A DNA stretch of 64,000 nucleotides from Alkalispirochaeta sp. (GCA_965601925.1 OZ271854.1:800001-864000); one strand, 5' to 3'. Numbered from the stretch's first letter, positions 29,455 through 39,694 are shown. Made by a program: numbers and translations. The notes: generated by a model from the sequence alone, not told the origin.

Positions 29455-30079
29455 GATTCCTCCGTCGGTTGTATCGCATCCCGTCTCAGCGTTCGTCCCG
29501 GTCGGCGTCTTCCGCCGATGCTTTGCGTCCCCTTTACGCGCCCGCGCCTCACCGCTCGTAGCGCTGCATGCTCGCCGGGTGGTCCGACGGCGCGAGAAGC
29601 CGCCGCGTCTCCACCAGCTTGCCGGGGTGGTTGACGTCATAGGCGCTGTCTGTGGCGACGGTGGTCCACTTGTAGGTGTTGGCGCCGAAGAGCTTGAAAA
29701 AGCGGCTTGCGGTGATCGTTAACTCTGAATCGACCTCTTCCACAATCAAGCACTTGCCGTACTCCTTCCAGTCCTTCGGCGACCGGTCCGAGACAAAGCA
29801 GTGGTACAGCGCGGTGCCGTCGCTGGTCTGGTAGTGGTCGATGCGAAAGAGGAAGCGCTTGGTCGGCGGCTTCCTTTTGGCCGCCCGCTCGTAGTAGTCC
29901 GGTTCTTCGAGCGTTTTCAACGGAATCATGCCGAACTTGTTTTTCACCTTTGGCGATACGAACCGGTTCATCGCCTCGAGCTTGCTGTTGTAGTCGTCTA
30001 TGTCCGGTAGGCCGTCGGCCACAATCGCCGCTACCTCGGCTTCAAAAAAGCGGTCCAAAAAGTCGATCACAGGGTCCAT
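28840..30079. repeat. direct repeat unit B
   Basis: Second copy of 26004..27243. Confidence 0.92.
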
Positions 30080-30082
30080 CAT
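29549..30082 (-). CDS. hypothetical partner protein (copy B)
   Basis: Identical to copy A except for the first ~42 aa; RBS AGGAG. Confidence 0.75.
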   Translation of the reverse strand: MMDPVIDFLDRFFEAEVAAIVADGLPDIDDYNSKLEAMNRFVSPKVKNKFGMIPLKTLEEPDYYERAAKRKPPTKRFLFRIDHYQTSDGTALYHCFVSDRSPKDWKEYGKCLIVEEVDSELTITASRFFKLFGANTYKWTTVATDSAYDVNHPGKLVETRRLLAPSDHPASMQRYER

Positions 30083-30315
30083 CCTCTCCTTGTTCGGTCG
30101 CCGATACGCGGCTCATACGGGTTCTTGGTAGTCTCGTGACCTTATCATAGCGCGATTCGTCTCACCATTCGCGTGGTGCAGATGAGATTGACGCACGACC
30201 GCGTCACAATACGATGAGAACGCGAAGCCAAGACCGACAGCCTGACCACTGCGGCGAAGGCGGCAGCTGCTATGGAGTAGCGGTGGCGACGGCGCGTGGA
30301 CGCTCAACGCACGCG

Positions 30316-30897
30316 CTACGTGCGGCGGGCCCATGCGACGACATCTTCGGGAACCAACTTGGGCTCCACCAGAATGAACTTTGCCTCCGCCCCCTCAAAA
30401 AAGAGCTTGTCGGTCGGCCGCAGCAAGCTGTTGACGACTACACGCCGGACGATCGCTACGGTAGCGCCGGCATCTCGCGCCAAGAGTTCGCGTACCGTGT
30501 CCCGCATCTTCAGAAATTGCGGCGGTGCCTCGATCGGTTCTTCTTGATCGTCGTAGTCCCGTGACGAGACGTAGTAGACGTGGTGCGGACGAACGACAGA
30601 ATCGATCCCCGCCTCACGTATCCGCTCTACTCTGACCAGCGCGCTGAGCTCGGGCCGCTCTTCGATCCATCGACCAACCGCCTCGATCAAACCGGCGTAA
30701 GGCTCGACGTATTCGGGCGCGAGCTTACTATCGAAGTGCCTTACGATGATCGACCTACCGGCCGGAGCATCGGGCGCGAAGTACAACGTGCCGAGTGTAC
30801 TCGCTAAAAATCTCTTGAGGCCCAGCTCGTGCTTTCGGGCGGCGAAGGTGTGATCGAGCTCACTCTTTTGCTCGTTCCGTCCGTGAGCCGGTTGCAC
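30316..30897 (-). CDS. hypothetical protein
   Basis: 193-aa ORF; start uncertain. Confidence 0.5.
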   Translation of the reverse strand: MQPAHGRNEQKSELDHTFAARKHELGLKRFLASTLGTLYFAPDAPAGRSIIVRHFDSKLAPEYVEPYAGLIEAVGRWIEERPELSALVRVERIREAGIDSVVRPHHVYYVSSRDYDDQEEPIEAPPQFLKMRDTVRELLARDAGATVAIVRRVVVNSLLRPTDKLFFEGAEAKFILVEPKLVPEDVVAWARRT

Positions 30898-31055
30898 CGT
30901 TATGCCATGCCGAACGCGGCCAGATCCAACGCGACGAGCGACACCATCAGCGGAAGAAAGCGCCGATCGATTGGTCGCTTACGAGTCTCGACCTCCGCTG
31001 AAGCCGGGCGGTCGCCGCATACGGTTTTCGATGCAACTGGTCCGCGTGCACGCGG

Positions 31056-31775
31056 TTACATATTGACGTCGGCGGTTGCGGGCATTGTGATAATTTTCGG
31101 GCAACTTGCGGCGCTGAGTGAATCGATCGTCGTCACGAGTTGCACGACGTCGTGAACCGGAATGAGCGACGCGTCCGTTTCGCGCAACACTTCATCTCGC
31201 GAGACCGAGAGTCCGTGCTCACTCGCCATGTACCCGAGGTTCATGAGGGTGACCGAAATTCCGTCTCCTCTGACGATCTCCCGAACGGCGTTCGTCAGAC
31301 CCCGCATCGCTCCTTTGCTCGCGGAAAACGCGACTTCGCGGCCGTTATTGTGATCTTCTCCCCACGTAGAGCCGATGAATATCATCGTCCCGGAACTCGA
31401 CGCGCGGAGAAGCGGGATTGCCCCCTGCGTATGGAGTATAAGCGACAATACATTCGTCTCGATCAGTTTACGTGACTCGACGTGCGGAGAAGACGAGAAA
31501 TCGTACTCCTCGCTGAACGCCGTTTGCTCCCAGATACCGACGTTGTAGATAAAAAGATCAATCGCGGTTTCCCCGATACGATCAAAGACGACGCGGGTCG
31601 ATTCCTCAGGCTTAGAAAGGTCCGCCTCTATCCAGACGACGTCCCCAACGCCGCGATCAAGATACGCCGGTCTTGACCGTGACACGACAAACAGCCGCGT
31701 CTCTTTCTCCGATAGGCCCTCGGCAAGAGCCTGACCAAGGCCGCGAGACGCTCCGTATATCAGCACTGTCTTCAT
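31056..31775 (-). CDS. SDR family oxidoreductase
   Basis: YGASRGLG, 'FSASK' (atypical catalytic motif). Confidence 0.85.
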   Translation of the reverse strand: MKTVLIYGASRGLGQALAEGLSEKETRLFVVSRSRPAYLDRGVGDVVWIEADLSKPEESTRVVFDRIGETAIDLFIYNVGIWEQTAFSEEYDFSSSPHVESRKLIETNVLSLILHTQGAIPLLRASSSGTMIFIGSTWGEDHNNGREVAFSASKGAMRGLTNAVREIVRGDGISVTLMNLGYMASEHGLSVSRDEVLRETDASLIPVHDVVQLVTTIDSLSAASCPKIITMPATADVNM

Positions 31776-32004
31776 CGCGTCAATATAATACCGGCTCAGA
31801 TTACCGGGACAGTGTATTTGGTAGCGGTACAAGACGGCATCGAATTGATAGAATCGGTTAGGAAGTCACGAGCGACGTGCACATGGGACGGCTGGTTCCG
31901 GCCGATGGTATGCGGTATCATCACCGCACCATGAGTGGGATTTCGGCGCGATGTTGGAGAACGAGACGGTCGTGATGCCGCACTTGCTGCCACAGTAGCT
32001 GACT

Positions 32005-32409
32005 ATGCGTATATCCCGGCAAAGCCCAAACCCTGAGATTGTCGAAATCCATGGAAAAGTTTGCAGAAAACTACTGGCCGTGCCGGATGACAACAACCCC
32101 GATGCAATTGTGATCTTCTATCTTCTGGTTGACGGTCTATGGCTTCGTATGTTCCTGGACGCCGGACTCCTTTTTGTACATGAGGTCGAAGGTCCCGACC
32201 CCGTGGATGACTTGAATGGCGGTCAAGATTACTTGGACTTGACGGATCAATTTGATTGTGCCGGAACCACTATCGTTTCGGCAGTTATGCGCGATCGTGT
32301 GTTCACACTACAGTTGGACGGTGGAACTGAGTTCTGTTTCTCAGAACGAGATGACGACACCATACTTGAAGTAAAGCACTCGTCGTCTGGGCCGGAGAAT
32401 CCTAGGTGA
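32005..32409 (+). CDS. hypothetical protein
   Basis: Acidic 134-aa ORF in a visibly lower-GC segment. Confidence 0.55.
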   Translation: MRISRQSPNPEIVEIHGKVCRKLLAVPDDNNPDAIVIFYLLVDGLWLRMFLDAGLLFVHEVEGPDPVDDLNGGQDYLDLTDQFDCAGTTIVSAVMRDRVFTLQLDGGTEFCFSERDDDTILEVKHSSSGPENPR

Positions 32410-32419
32410 CTGAGCTGGG

Positions 32420-32959
32420 ATGATAGTTATCAAAAAGAGGTACATAAAAAAGGTAAGGCGCATCGTCCTCTGCCTTGCGGTTACCATCTTGATCGGTTAC
32501 GGATCTGAACGCCCGGCACGTGCGGACGCGCCTGATGGAAGCCGGGAACCAGATGTAACACTGGACTTAGTTCAGATTAGTAACGGCGCCGTGCAGTTCT
32601 ATCTCGCCTTTGGCGCCGATAGTGCCGTGCTCGGTTTCTGGGCCATGAACGATTCCGGCGACCGAAGGTATTTCCCGATGTACGGTTCCTCTTATCGCGG
32701 GATTCCACCTGTGACGCTGGAGGTATTCGTATCGGATACTGAAGAAGAGATGTGGGTCCATTCCTCGTGGTCGGGGTACGAGGAGCTGGCCTACCATCGT
32801 ATAGGTACCGACCGGTTAACAACTGTCTACGGAGAGATGAGCTCGTTTGAAGAGCCTCTACCTGAGAGTCTTGTAGGAAGAACACGCGCCTTCCCAACGA
32901 TGGACACTCAAAATGTGTCGAAGGTAGCCACCTTGCACTATCCTGACCAGGAACGGTGA
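32420..32959 (+). CDS. hypothetical exported protein
   Basis: Basic N-terminus plus hydrophobic signal; lower GC. Confidence 0.55.
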   Translation: MIVIKKRYIKKVRRIVLCLAVTILIGYGSERPARADAPDGSREPDVTLDLVQISNGAVQFYLAFGADSAVLGFWAMNDSGDRRYFPMYGSSYRGIPPVTLEVFVSDTEEEMWVHSSWSGYEELAYHRIGTDRLTTVYGEMSSFEEPLPESLVGRTRAFPTMDTQNVSKVATLHYPDQER

Positions 32960-33013
32960 TGCTCGCATAGCGGTAGTAGGACGATAAATGTATTTCACGA
33001 TACGATAGCGTTC

Positions 33014-33313
33014 ATGCGAGAATCACGGCGTGCCGCGCTGTCGGCTGCGATTCACGATATTCTGATTCGCGATTGGGATCCGATCGGTCTGGGAGATGAG
33101 CAAGACGTTCAAGACGAGTACGACTCCTACATTCCCGGCATCCTGCGACTGCTCACCGCTGGAGCGGATCGGGTCAAAATTGCTGCGCACCTCACGCAGA
33201 TTGCCCGCGTATCGATGGGCCTATCTCCCGATCCGGACGACGGCGCGCAGGCGGTCGCCGATCGGATCATCGAGACGTACCGGCTAAAGCGCGAGTACGA
33301 GCCGGAAGGATGA
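33014..33313 (+). CDS. DUF1871-like hypothetical protein
   Basis: 'WDPIG...DEYDSY' motif. Confidence 0.65.
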   Translation: MRESRRAALSAAIHDILIRDWDPIGLGDEQDVQDEYDSYIPGILRLLTAGADRVKIAAHLTQIARVSMGLSPDPDDGAQAVADRIIETYRLKREYEPEG

Positions 33314-33927
33314 CGGTAGTCGACAGAAGCCGCGGCCCGGTCGGCAAGTGGACGGCGCTGATGCCCGATCCGCCCCAGCCGAGCGATGTATTCGACGCTC
33401 TACCCCACTACTTCAACGTGCTAAACGCAGTCGCCGGCATTTTGGAACGCGAACAGTTGCTCACGCCGCAACGCGTGCATTGCGCGGATTGGGTACATTG
33501 GAACGAACCGCTCGAACTGGTGCGTGCGTCCAGGCCGCCTGCTACTTTGGACTGGGAAGATGTGCAGCGCCTCACATACGATGAGTTTTTGTTCGATCGC
33601 CCGACGCGCACCGTTCCGTTGGAGATATCGGTCGACGGCGTCGGCATCGTCTACAACGAACATGGGGCCGCCGTAGAGATTTGCGACGCCGTCTGGATCG
33701 GTTACGCCTACTTCGTCGAGCCGTATCTGAGCATTCAAACGCAGACCGATGCGTGGCTGGCCCGCGATCTCGACGGCGCCGAGCAGCCGGCGATACACGC
33801 GGCCAATCGCGACCGCCTCGCCCGCGGCCTCGCGGCGGTACAGGCATTTCTGGGCGAGCCGCTCGAGTCGGAAGAGGACATGAAGTTCGGTACCGCCGAC
33901 GGCTTTTACCTGCGGAACGTTCCGTGA
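33310..33927 (+). CDS. hypothetical protein (distant paralog of 38996..39694)
   Basis: 'DAWLARDLDGAEQ...NRDRL'; ATGA coupling to the upstream gene. Confidence 0.6.
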   Translation: MTVVDRSRGPVGKWTALMPDPPQPSDVFDALPHYFNVLNAVAGILEREQLLTPQRVHCADWVHWNEPLELVRASRPPATLDWEDVQRLTYDEFLFDRPTRTVPLEISVDGVGIVYNEHGAAVEICDAVWIGYAYFVEPYLSIQTQTDAWLARDLDGAEQPAIHAANRDRLARGLAAVQAFLGEPLESEEDMKFGTADGFYLRNVP

Positions 33928-33990
33928 GCGAAGCGGCGATCGAGGCGACACACACTGTACCCGGCCACGACGACCGGGCATAATCGATTC

Positions 33991-34550
33991 ATGGAACGCT
34001 TCAAGAAGTTCTTCGACACCTACGGACCGGGCACGCGGTACGGCGCGATTAACGCGAACGCCTGGAGTAGTACCGCGAGGCGCTCGGCGCCGATATCTAC
34101 GCGTTGCTCGCCTACGAAGGCGGCTCAAGTTACATAGACGGTTTTCTGTGGACCCTCGACCCAGCGCCACACGTCCAGTGGGTCGTCGCCGACTCGCCCT
34201 GCATCCCCTTTGCCCGAACCGCCTTCACCGATCTGTCCTTTGTGCGCGACCGGGAGGTCATGATCCTGTTTACCGACAAGGGTCTGCTTGACTACGCGAC
34301 CGGCCTGGGCGATTGGTTCTTCAATCGCTATCTGACCGACGCCACGTACATGGACGAGGATTTTCGCCGGCGGCTTTTCTTTCATATACCCGAACACAGC
34401 GGTATCGGCCCCGACGAGTGCTTTGGGTTTACGCCGCTGTTGTCGCTCGGCGGGTCCGAGACGGTGGAGCATATCGAGCCGGTGAAGCTCGACGAGTACT
34501 TGCTACTCCTGTCGCAAGCCTCGGACGAGCTCGACTTTGTGCAACATTGA
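33991..34550 (+). pseudogene. GAD-like/Tdi1-C (DUF1851) immunity gene, disrupted
   Basis: MERFKKFF.. then a frameshift and a TAG, then 'PFARTAF.D', 'ECFGFTPLLSLGGSE'. Confidence 0.7.
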
Positions 34551-34594
34551 AGTCACGCTACCCGCGAGATATCGTGGTCCAAAGGAGGCTCACG

Positions 34595-35038
34595 ATGCAC
34601 CCGCGCCGACCGGTTTCGCTCCCGCCGCTGCAAGAGGTCTCGCTGGAGATCAGCGCGATCAAGACCGCGTGTTACATGTGGCGGATCAAGCGCCGATCGA
34701 TCTATGCCGGCTATACCGTGGTTAGCGGCGTCTACCGAGAAGGATCTGCAGGGGCTCAGGACGCCACCTATATCCACTGGAGGCTGAACGAGTTTTGCGA
34801 TCTGACTCACCCGGCTTTGATACAAGGGCTCGTGGTCGACTTCACCAACTTGGAATACACCTACGGTGACGATCTGGAGATCACGCCGGATCGGATCGTT
34901 CGTATGCGCTTGCCGCTTCGAATCGTCGTTCCGGCGGACAAGCGCGACCGGTTCGAGCCGGTGTTGGGGTCGGAGCACCTCAGCACGTCGCTTGAAGACG
35001 CGTTTGGATACGTGCAGCGCTCACTGGAGCAGGGTTAA
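34595..35038 (+). CDS. hypothetical protein
   Basis: AGGAGG RBS before ATG; 'LVVDFTNLEY.YGD'. Confidence 0.6.
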   Translation: MHPRRPVSLPPLQEVSLEISAIKTACYMWRIKRRSIYAGYTVVSGVYREGSAGAQDATYIHWRLNEFCDLTHPALIQGLVVDFTNLEYTYGDDLEITPDRIVRMRLPLRIVVPADKRDRFEPVLGSEHLSTSLEDAFGYVQRSLEQG

Positions 35039-35367
35039 TGTCGTTTCCGGACTGTATCAACACGTGTATAGAGGCCACGCTGGCCGCGCCCGGCACACCG
35101 CAGCGCCTCGGGCCGCTGGGGGAGCGGACGGCGGGCGATCGCTTCCTCGTGGCGTACGAGACGCTGCACGAACGGTTCGGCCCGCCCGATGCGCCGGCGA
35201 TCGAGAGTCCGATCGACTACCGATCGATCTTGGAGGTGGAAGCGGAGATGTTCGCTCTGTGGGAGTTCGACTACTACCAACTATCGTTGCGCCTGGAATC
35301 GGAACTGGACCAGGGCTATGTTGTCATCCAGCGACATGAGCCGTCTTCCCATGCCTTGGAAAGCTAA
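35038..35367 (+). CDS. hypothetical protein
   Basis: TAATG coupling; acidic 109 aa. Confidence 0.5.
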   Translation: MSFPDCINTCIEATLAAPGTPQRLGPLGERTAGDRFLVAYETLHERFGPPDAPAIESPIDYRSILEVEAEMFALWEFDYYQLSLRLESELDQGYVVIQRHEPSSHALES

Positions 35368-35374
35368 CGCGTCT

Positions 35375-35722
35375 GTGATCCGGCGCAACGCGATCAGTTG
35401 TGTAATCGCTGCGACTGCCGTACTGCTCGCCCTATCGTCGTGCGCCGGCCGTCACGCCGTCGGCGCCGAATACCGACGCTTCACCGCTCCCGACGGGCGT
35501 TACGCGGTCGTTGTGCGGTTCGACGCCGCGTCCCCGGCGCCGATCGTCCCCGGATCCAGCGGCGACCGAGCCGGCTTCGTGCAACTGGTGGACCGACACG
35601 GCGAAGTGGTGCAACAGGTGGCGGTAGACATGGTGAGCCGGGTCGATCAAGTGACGTGGCACGCGGATGAGGTGGAGGTGAAGCTTGTTGCTACATGGCG
35701 GCTTGAGAGCACGACGCAGTGA
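35375..35722 (+). CDS. putative lipoprotein
   Basis: Lipobox LALSSC; 'TAPDGRYAV..PGSSGD..GFV.L'. Confidence 0.6.
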   Translation: MIRRNAISCVIAATAVLLALSSCAGRHAVGAEYRRFTAPDGRYAVVVRFDAASPAPIVPGSSGDRAGFVQLVDRHGEVVQQVAVDMVSRVDQVTWHADEVEVKLVATWRLESTTQ

Positions 35723-35959
35723 ACCTGTGTTATGGCGGGGCTATGGTAAAAGCGCGACACTCTCGCGTAACTGCCCGGAGTATTGTTGGGTCTGGACGAC
35801 CGGGGGCGAGGCGGATGACCCATTACCGGGCTCGCCGGCACCTACACCGACACGCGCCACCTGTGATATAACGGCGCGCGCCGGGTGGCGGCTCATATCG
35901 CGTCCAGCGATTTGGGTTCGATCGACGAAGGAACGGAAGTCGCCGCCCGGTGAGGCTTC

Positions 35960-36526
35960 GTGACGAAAACCGCAATGGATGATCTCGTTCGTGGACATTT
36001 CGAGCGTTTTGCAGAGTCGCTGGCATACCCGGTACGCTACTCAATAACGCATCTCGATGACGTATGGAAGGCGGATTACCTCGTTCAACACCCGTTGTTT
36101 GGACCAATCCATTGTATTCCGGACATTACGTTGTCATTCACGAACCGACGCGGGAAGTACGAGTCGCACGTGCTTGCCATGTTTTATGCATCCCAAAAGC
36201 GATTGCAAACGCGAAACTTCGGAGCACCCATACTCTCCGGCGTCTACGATTCTGAGAACGCGGCGTGGGACCGTTGGCAGTGGAGCATCGACGAGTTTGA
36301 TGAGTTCGAAACGGTACTACCAGCGGAACATGGTCCGTTGAACAATCAAATGGAAGATGTGAACCTTGACTCTGATATCAACAGGCTCAGGTTGTTGGAA
36401 GCGTGCTTCGCGGTGCCGTTTACCGGGAAGGGACTCCACGATTCGTTTTGGGAAGCTGAATCCGATATCGTTTTGGGACCGTTTCAGGTACGGTTGCACG
36501 TTAGAGTCCCGTTGGGCGGGAACTAG
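35960..36526 (+). CDS. hypothetical protein
   Basis: 188-aa ORF, lower GC than flanks. Confidence 0.55.
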   Translation: MTKTAMDDLVRGHFERFAESLAYPVRYSITHLDDVWKADYLVQHPLFGPIHCIPDITLSFTNRRGKYESHVLAMFYASQKRLQTRNFGAPILSGVYDSENAAWDRWQWSIDEFDEFETVLPAEHGPLNNQMEDVNLDSDINRLRLLEACFAVPFTGKGLHDSFWEAESDIVLGPFQVRLHVRVPLGGN

Positions 36527-36769
36527 AACGAATGGTTGGTGGCTATCGCGATTCGGGGCGAGCACGTAGCCATCGGCAATTATGAAGGCGATTGGATGGT
36601 GTTTGGGCTTGAGAAGACCGATGGTTTCCCTGCTCTTACCCCCAAAGAACTCGTATGGTGGGATGACGATAGCCACAGATTTGCCGGCCGCGAGCAGCGA
36701 CAAGACTCTTGAACCCGGCAATGGCCCGACGCGCGCCGAATCCCCTGCGAAGCGGGCTACCGTGGCCGC

Positions 36770-37138
36770 TCAGTCCCACAGAGAATAGTAACGTCGCGAC
36801 TCGGCGCCCATCAGTGGTGCGATCGTGTCGGTGAACCCTTCGCCGGCGATGTTCTCCAAAAAGCAGGTGGTCGCCGCGCCGGATAGATCGGGCGCGGCGC
36901 TACGCACCGACACTTCGACCAGGGTAAAGAGATCGGAAAGCTGATTCTGAGAAAGCGTCGTGAAATTGTCGCGAAAATAATGGCTGAAGTGGGCGTAGAT
37001 GCCGTAAAACGAGTAGTCGTCGGGGCCGTCGCGAAAGAGGTTCTCGTCGCTATCCCAGTACGGCCCGAAGTCGGGAACGATGGCTACAAGCGCGGCCAAC
37101 AGCTCCCGCGGGTCGTTGGCAACAGGCGGCGGCTTCAT
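36770..37138 (-). CDS. small helical immunity-like protein (DUF7674-like)
   Basis: 'L...VPDF...DY..Y..F..F...LF..VE...TCFLENI'. Confidence 0.6.
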   Translation of the reverse strand: MKPPPVANDPRELLAALVAIVPDFGPYWDSDENLFRDGPDDYSFYGIYAHFSHYFRDNFTTLSQNQLSDLFTLVEVSVRSAAPDLSGAATTCFLENIAGEGFTDTIAPLMGAESRRYYSLWD

Positions 37139-37296
37139 GCGTCGACGATATGCCCGTGCCGCAAGATCGTCAATCAGCGTACCCTACGTGTCGACCTCGT
37201 CCTCGTGATCGTAGTTCGCATTGTTCAGCGGCTTGTCTCAGCCCGCACACCAAGCCATGAGACTGATCATCTGTGCCACCGCGAGTAATACTACTT

Positions 37297-37680
37297 TCAC
37301 CAGATTGGCTCCACAACAAACTCAAAAACTGATTGATGATATATCGGATCGTCATCGCGCCACTCTTGGTGTGGAAAAAACTCATCCCAAATCAAGATGA
37401 ACACTTTTTTTGTTTCCTCTTCTTCAAGAAAGGAATGCATCGCTCCTTTCACCATGAGATCATTCAGTCTAACGAGTTCATTATTTAGTATAAACTTCAA
37501 AACAAATTTTAAACCATGCAGATATTTCGTCTGACCTTCAGAATCGCCCGCACCAAATACTTTTTCTTTATAGAACTGTATGAAACATAGATAGTCTTCA
37601 GGGCTGGGCATCTCAAAATATTGGCCCTCGATCATATATGCTGTTATGTCCAATAGATATCTTATATTGACCTCGGTCAT
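37297..37680 (-). CDS. AT-rich putative CdiI-like immunity protein
   Basis: Markedly AT-rich; ATGA overlap with an upstream stub; 'IWDEFFP..W' end. Confidence 0.55.
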   Translation of the reverse strand: MTEVNIRYLLDITAYMIEGQYFEMPSPEDYLCFIQFYKEKVFGAGDSEGQTKYLHGLKFVLKFILNNELVRLNDLMVKGAMHSFLEEEETKKVFILIWDEFFPHQEWRDDDPIYHQSVFEFVVEPIW

Positions 37681-37760
37681 TTCAATCTCCCGGTTTCTAA
37701 AGCAGGAATACTTGTCATTGTTCTAAACATAGGAATGCCGGCAAAGCTGAAGTCGCTTCG
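37677..37760 (-). pseudogene. candidate toxin C-terminal stub
   Basis: RSDFSFAGIPMFRTMTSIPALETGRLK*, stop overlapping the next ATG, within the same AT-rich island. Confidence 0.4.
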
Positions 37761-37830
37761 CGAGACGGACACGCGGAGGCACCCTCTTTGAACCCCTTCG
37801 GAACGGGGGGCGACCCGCGGTCATTCATCC

Positions 37831-38982
37831 TCATCGTCCCAACCCTGCCAAAACGCGTTGTCTGCGTCGTTCAATGCGTCTCCATCGGATTCGGGGTGCC
37901 CTTCCAGCCGTCCCTCCAACGCCGTAATCGTGACATGAGGCGGCCGCCGCAACTCGCGCCGCGAGAGTCCGGTCATCGAGCGACGCTACCTCATCGGCCG
38001 AGAGCACGATCATACTGAGTCGATCGCGATATTCATCGTCCGGCCGCTCGAGGCGACGCCGTAAGCGCACGACGCGCAGCACGCCGTCGGCATCGACCAT
38101 CGCCGCGGTGGCGGCCTCTTCCCACTCGCTTACCTCGAGTCGAAACTCGCGCTCCACGACCGCTTAGACGGCGCCGGCCGAACGGCACCAACCCGACCTC
38201 GTGTTGCGCCAACAGGGCGATCTCGTCCGGTGTGCTTCGCGCCAGCTCGGCCAGACACTCTTGCAGCGATTTTATCAAGACCTCAACGTCCGTCTCGAAA
38301 GGATCGGCCAACTGGTCGGTCGCAAGGACTTGCAGCGGCGCCGCGAGCGAGCCCAGCAGGTCGCGGTAGGTATCGATAAGCTCCGCGGCGTCGGGAAGCG
38401 GTTCGATGCGCGCCCCGTAGCGCTCCGCCAACCGGTCAAGCTGCGGCCGATGAAATTGAGCGCAGATCGCAACCAACACCTCCAGTCGCGCGGGCTCATC
38501 CGGCGGCCACGGGTCGGTCCAGATTTCCGGATCGATACGCGCCGGCTCGACCTGGTTGGCTACCAGCGGGTCGGCCGACTCGTCCCGGTTGTCGATAGCC
38601 AAGGCATCACATAGGACGAGACACCGTTCGGCCGCTTCGCAGAGCGCCCTGCGATACGCCACGAGCGGCACAGTGGCGCGTGGCAAGGTTTCCGTTTCGC
38701 CGTCCGGTGTGCCGCGCAAGAACGATACGACGAAGGCGCCCGACGCCTGCGAGAGCGTAAAGGTGTACGGCCCTTCCATGAAGGAATTGGTCTGCTGCGA
38801 CTCCGGGGCGCGACCGCTTGCGAAGGTCAGGTAGTCTTCGATTCACCGCCCGCGCACGATGACCGATTGATCGTACCGTCGGTCGCCGGAAAAACGCGGC
38901 CGGCGATCTCCAGGAAAACTGTGGTCGTGAGTTTGCCGGGTTGTGTCGCCAGATTGTCGTTGCCCAATCGCATCACGACCAT
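37831..38982 (-). pseudogene. disrupted hypothetical (immunity-like) gene
   Basis: 'VFLEIAGRVFPATD(W)YDQSVIVRGR*IED...FMEGPY' needs a 1-bp deletion and an internal TGA; another shift near 38160. Confidence 0.6.
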
Positions 38983-38995
38983 CGTGGATGAATCC

Positions 38996-39694
38996 TTAGA
39001 GCGGAATCCTTCTCAACAATGTTCCTTCGTGCACCGAATACATATCGAACGGAACGCCGTCCAGCGACTCATTCGTCGGCATGTACGTCTGTTTATCGTA
39101 GATGACAAACCGATTCTCCCACTCCGGCTCGATTTCGTACCGCGCGCCGTAGCTATCCTGCAGAAACCGCATCAGCGCCTGAAGTTGTCGCCGCGCTCCG
39201 GTAGCAGCCTCGCATTGCATTCCGCCGTCGAGAGTATGCGGAAGCCACACGTCGTAGTACGAGGCGAGTGTGATGACTCGCGTATCGAGGACGGTGGCGC
39301 GCACCACCAAAAGATCGTCTAACGGTTCCGTTTCGCCCGATAGAAGCCCGCTTCCGCTGCAGTGGGCCGCGATGCCCAGTTGCATGTCGGAAGTCGCCGC
39401 TTCGGTCCGCCGTTTGTCCGCGATCAGTAACACATCGGTGCGAGCGAGCAACTCCTCGACGCGCTCGGCCGCGTCCGCGTCGCCACCGGCCGCGATCTCG
39501 ACTATGCAGGGTTCGGCAATGTGCGTGGCGACGACCCGTTCAACGATGCCTATCGCGTCCTGAGTCACATCGAGAAGATGTTGAGTTCGCCTATGAATAG
39601 GAAACGCTGCATTGCTCGTCAGCGATATCTCGAAGATCGGATAGAGACGGTGGGTCGACTTGATGACGTATTTGTTCGTGTTGCTCCTTTTCAT
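38996..39694 (-). CDS. hypothetical protein (distant paralog of 33310..33927)
   Basis: 'DVWLPHTLDGGMQ...RRQL'. Confidence 0.6.
   Translation of the reverse strand: MKRSNTNKYVIKSTHRLYPIFEISLTSNAAFPIHRRTQHLLDVTQDAIGIVERVVATHIAEPCIVEIAAGGDADAAERVEELLARTDVLLIADKRRTEAATSDMQLGIAAHCSGSGLLSGETEPLDDLLVVRATVLDTRVITLASYYDVWLPHTLDGGMQCEAATGARRQLQALMRFLQDSYGARYEIEPEWENRFVIYDKQTYMPTNESLDGVPFDMYSVHEGTLLRRIPL

Noticed and set aside
26004..30082. Diversity-generating retroelement (TR/VR pair)
   Set aside because: Differences between copies are not adenine-specific, both copies are full genes, and no reverse transcriptase is present in the window.
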